NCBI GenBank assembly: GCA_000991575.1
Contig: LBRU01000001.1
Span: 156,996-220,995 of the forward strand
From: a candidate division TM6 bacterium GW2011_GWE2_36_25
GTDB taxonomy: Bacteria > Babelota > Babeliae > Babelales > UBA12409
DNA length: 64,000 nt
Reading direction: 5' to 3'
The notes beneath the pieces are model-generated. The model did not search any database. It saw nothing but the letters and a program-made list of their open reading frames with translations, and had not been told where the DNA came from. The position numbers and the translations under genes were made by a program. This document shows, one piece after another, positions 63,705-64,000 of this stretch; positions within the stretch are counted from its first letter, which is position 1; each line of letters opens with the position of its first letter.

Positions 63705-64000
63705 GTGAAAAAATATTTTTTATCGCTATTTTTTTTAGATATTTTCTGTTTATCTGCAATGGAAAAAAGTCCTTCTGATGAGCAGGAAATATTAAAGACT
63801 TCTTCTCATGAGTTAAGCAAAGATGAACCAGAGTTAATTGCGATTGAAGAAACGCATTCGAAGTCCGAAGAATTATTAAGGAAAAAAGTACGTCAACTGA
63901 AATTAGAATTAAAAAAAACCCGCGAAGAATGTGATACTTGTAAAGAATGCGCAGAAGAAATTGAAAAAAAATATTGTATGCTGTTAGAGTTTGTTTATGG
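63705..64000 (+). CDS. Partial secreted hypothetical protein running off the window edge
   Basis: AGGGG RBS, GTG start, (M)KKYFLSLFFLDIFCLSA-MEKSPSDEQ..., open to the end of the window. Confidence 0.7.
   Translation, partial: MKKYFLSLFFLDIFCLSAMEKSPSDEQEILKTSSHELSKDEPELIAIEETHSKSEELLRKKVRQLKLELKKTREECDTCKECAEEIEKKYCMLLEFVY

Noticed and set aside
1-64000. Alternative genetic code or stop-codon reassignment
   Set aside because: TAA, TAG and TGA all terminate conserved genes at expected lengths, and long ORFs translate cleanly with code 11. The single in-frame continuation at 35424 is local.

Overview
AT-rich bacterial chromosome segment read with the standard code (TAA/TAG/TGA stops). The housekeeping backbone includes secA, ftsQ-ftsA-ftsZ, rpsF-rpsR, rnhB, priA, polA-thyX, rpmA-secF-rho, tsaD, smpB/ssrA, mutL, adk and tRNA-fMet. 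It is interleaved with many lineage-specific proteins that carry N-terminal signal peptides. This gene repertoire and signal-peptide style suggest an obligate intracellular parasite of protists, most likely Candidatus Dependentiae (TM6/Babelota); this is inference and no marker search was run. I saw no CRISPR array, prophage, integrase or transposase. The most notable content is: (i) a predicted secreted host-ubiquitin/chromatin toolkit, comprising a herpes-tegument-like (VTD) deubiquitinase with MIU-like motifs, an adjacent protein with an MIU-like tail, two tandem RING-H2 proteins each carrying two LC8-type TQT/VQV motifs, and a signal-peptide DOT1-like methyltransferase; (ii) a pentameric ligand-gated ion channel operonic with a pseudo-PPP-phosphatase/periplasmic-binding-protein fusion; (iii) a shared [A/G/S]-M-[D/E] junction after the signal peptide in nine unrelated secreted proteins; (iv) a repeated TTGATA-N4-TATCAA palindrome, one copy upstream of a non-cleavable LexA/CI-like regulator; (v) REP-like palindromes and a HAD gene directly behind ssrA. 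All family calls are motif recognition by eye.
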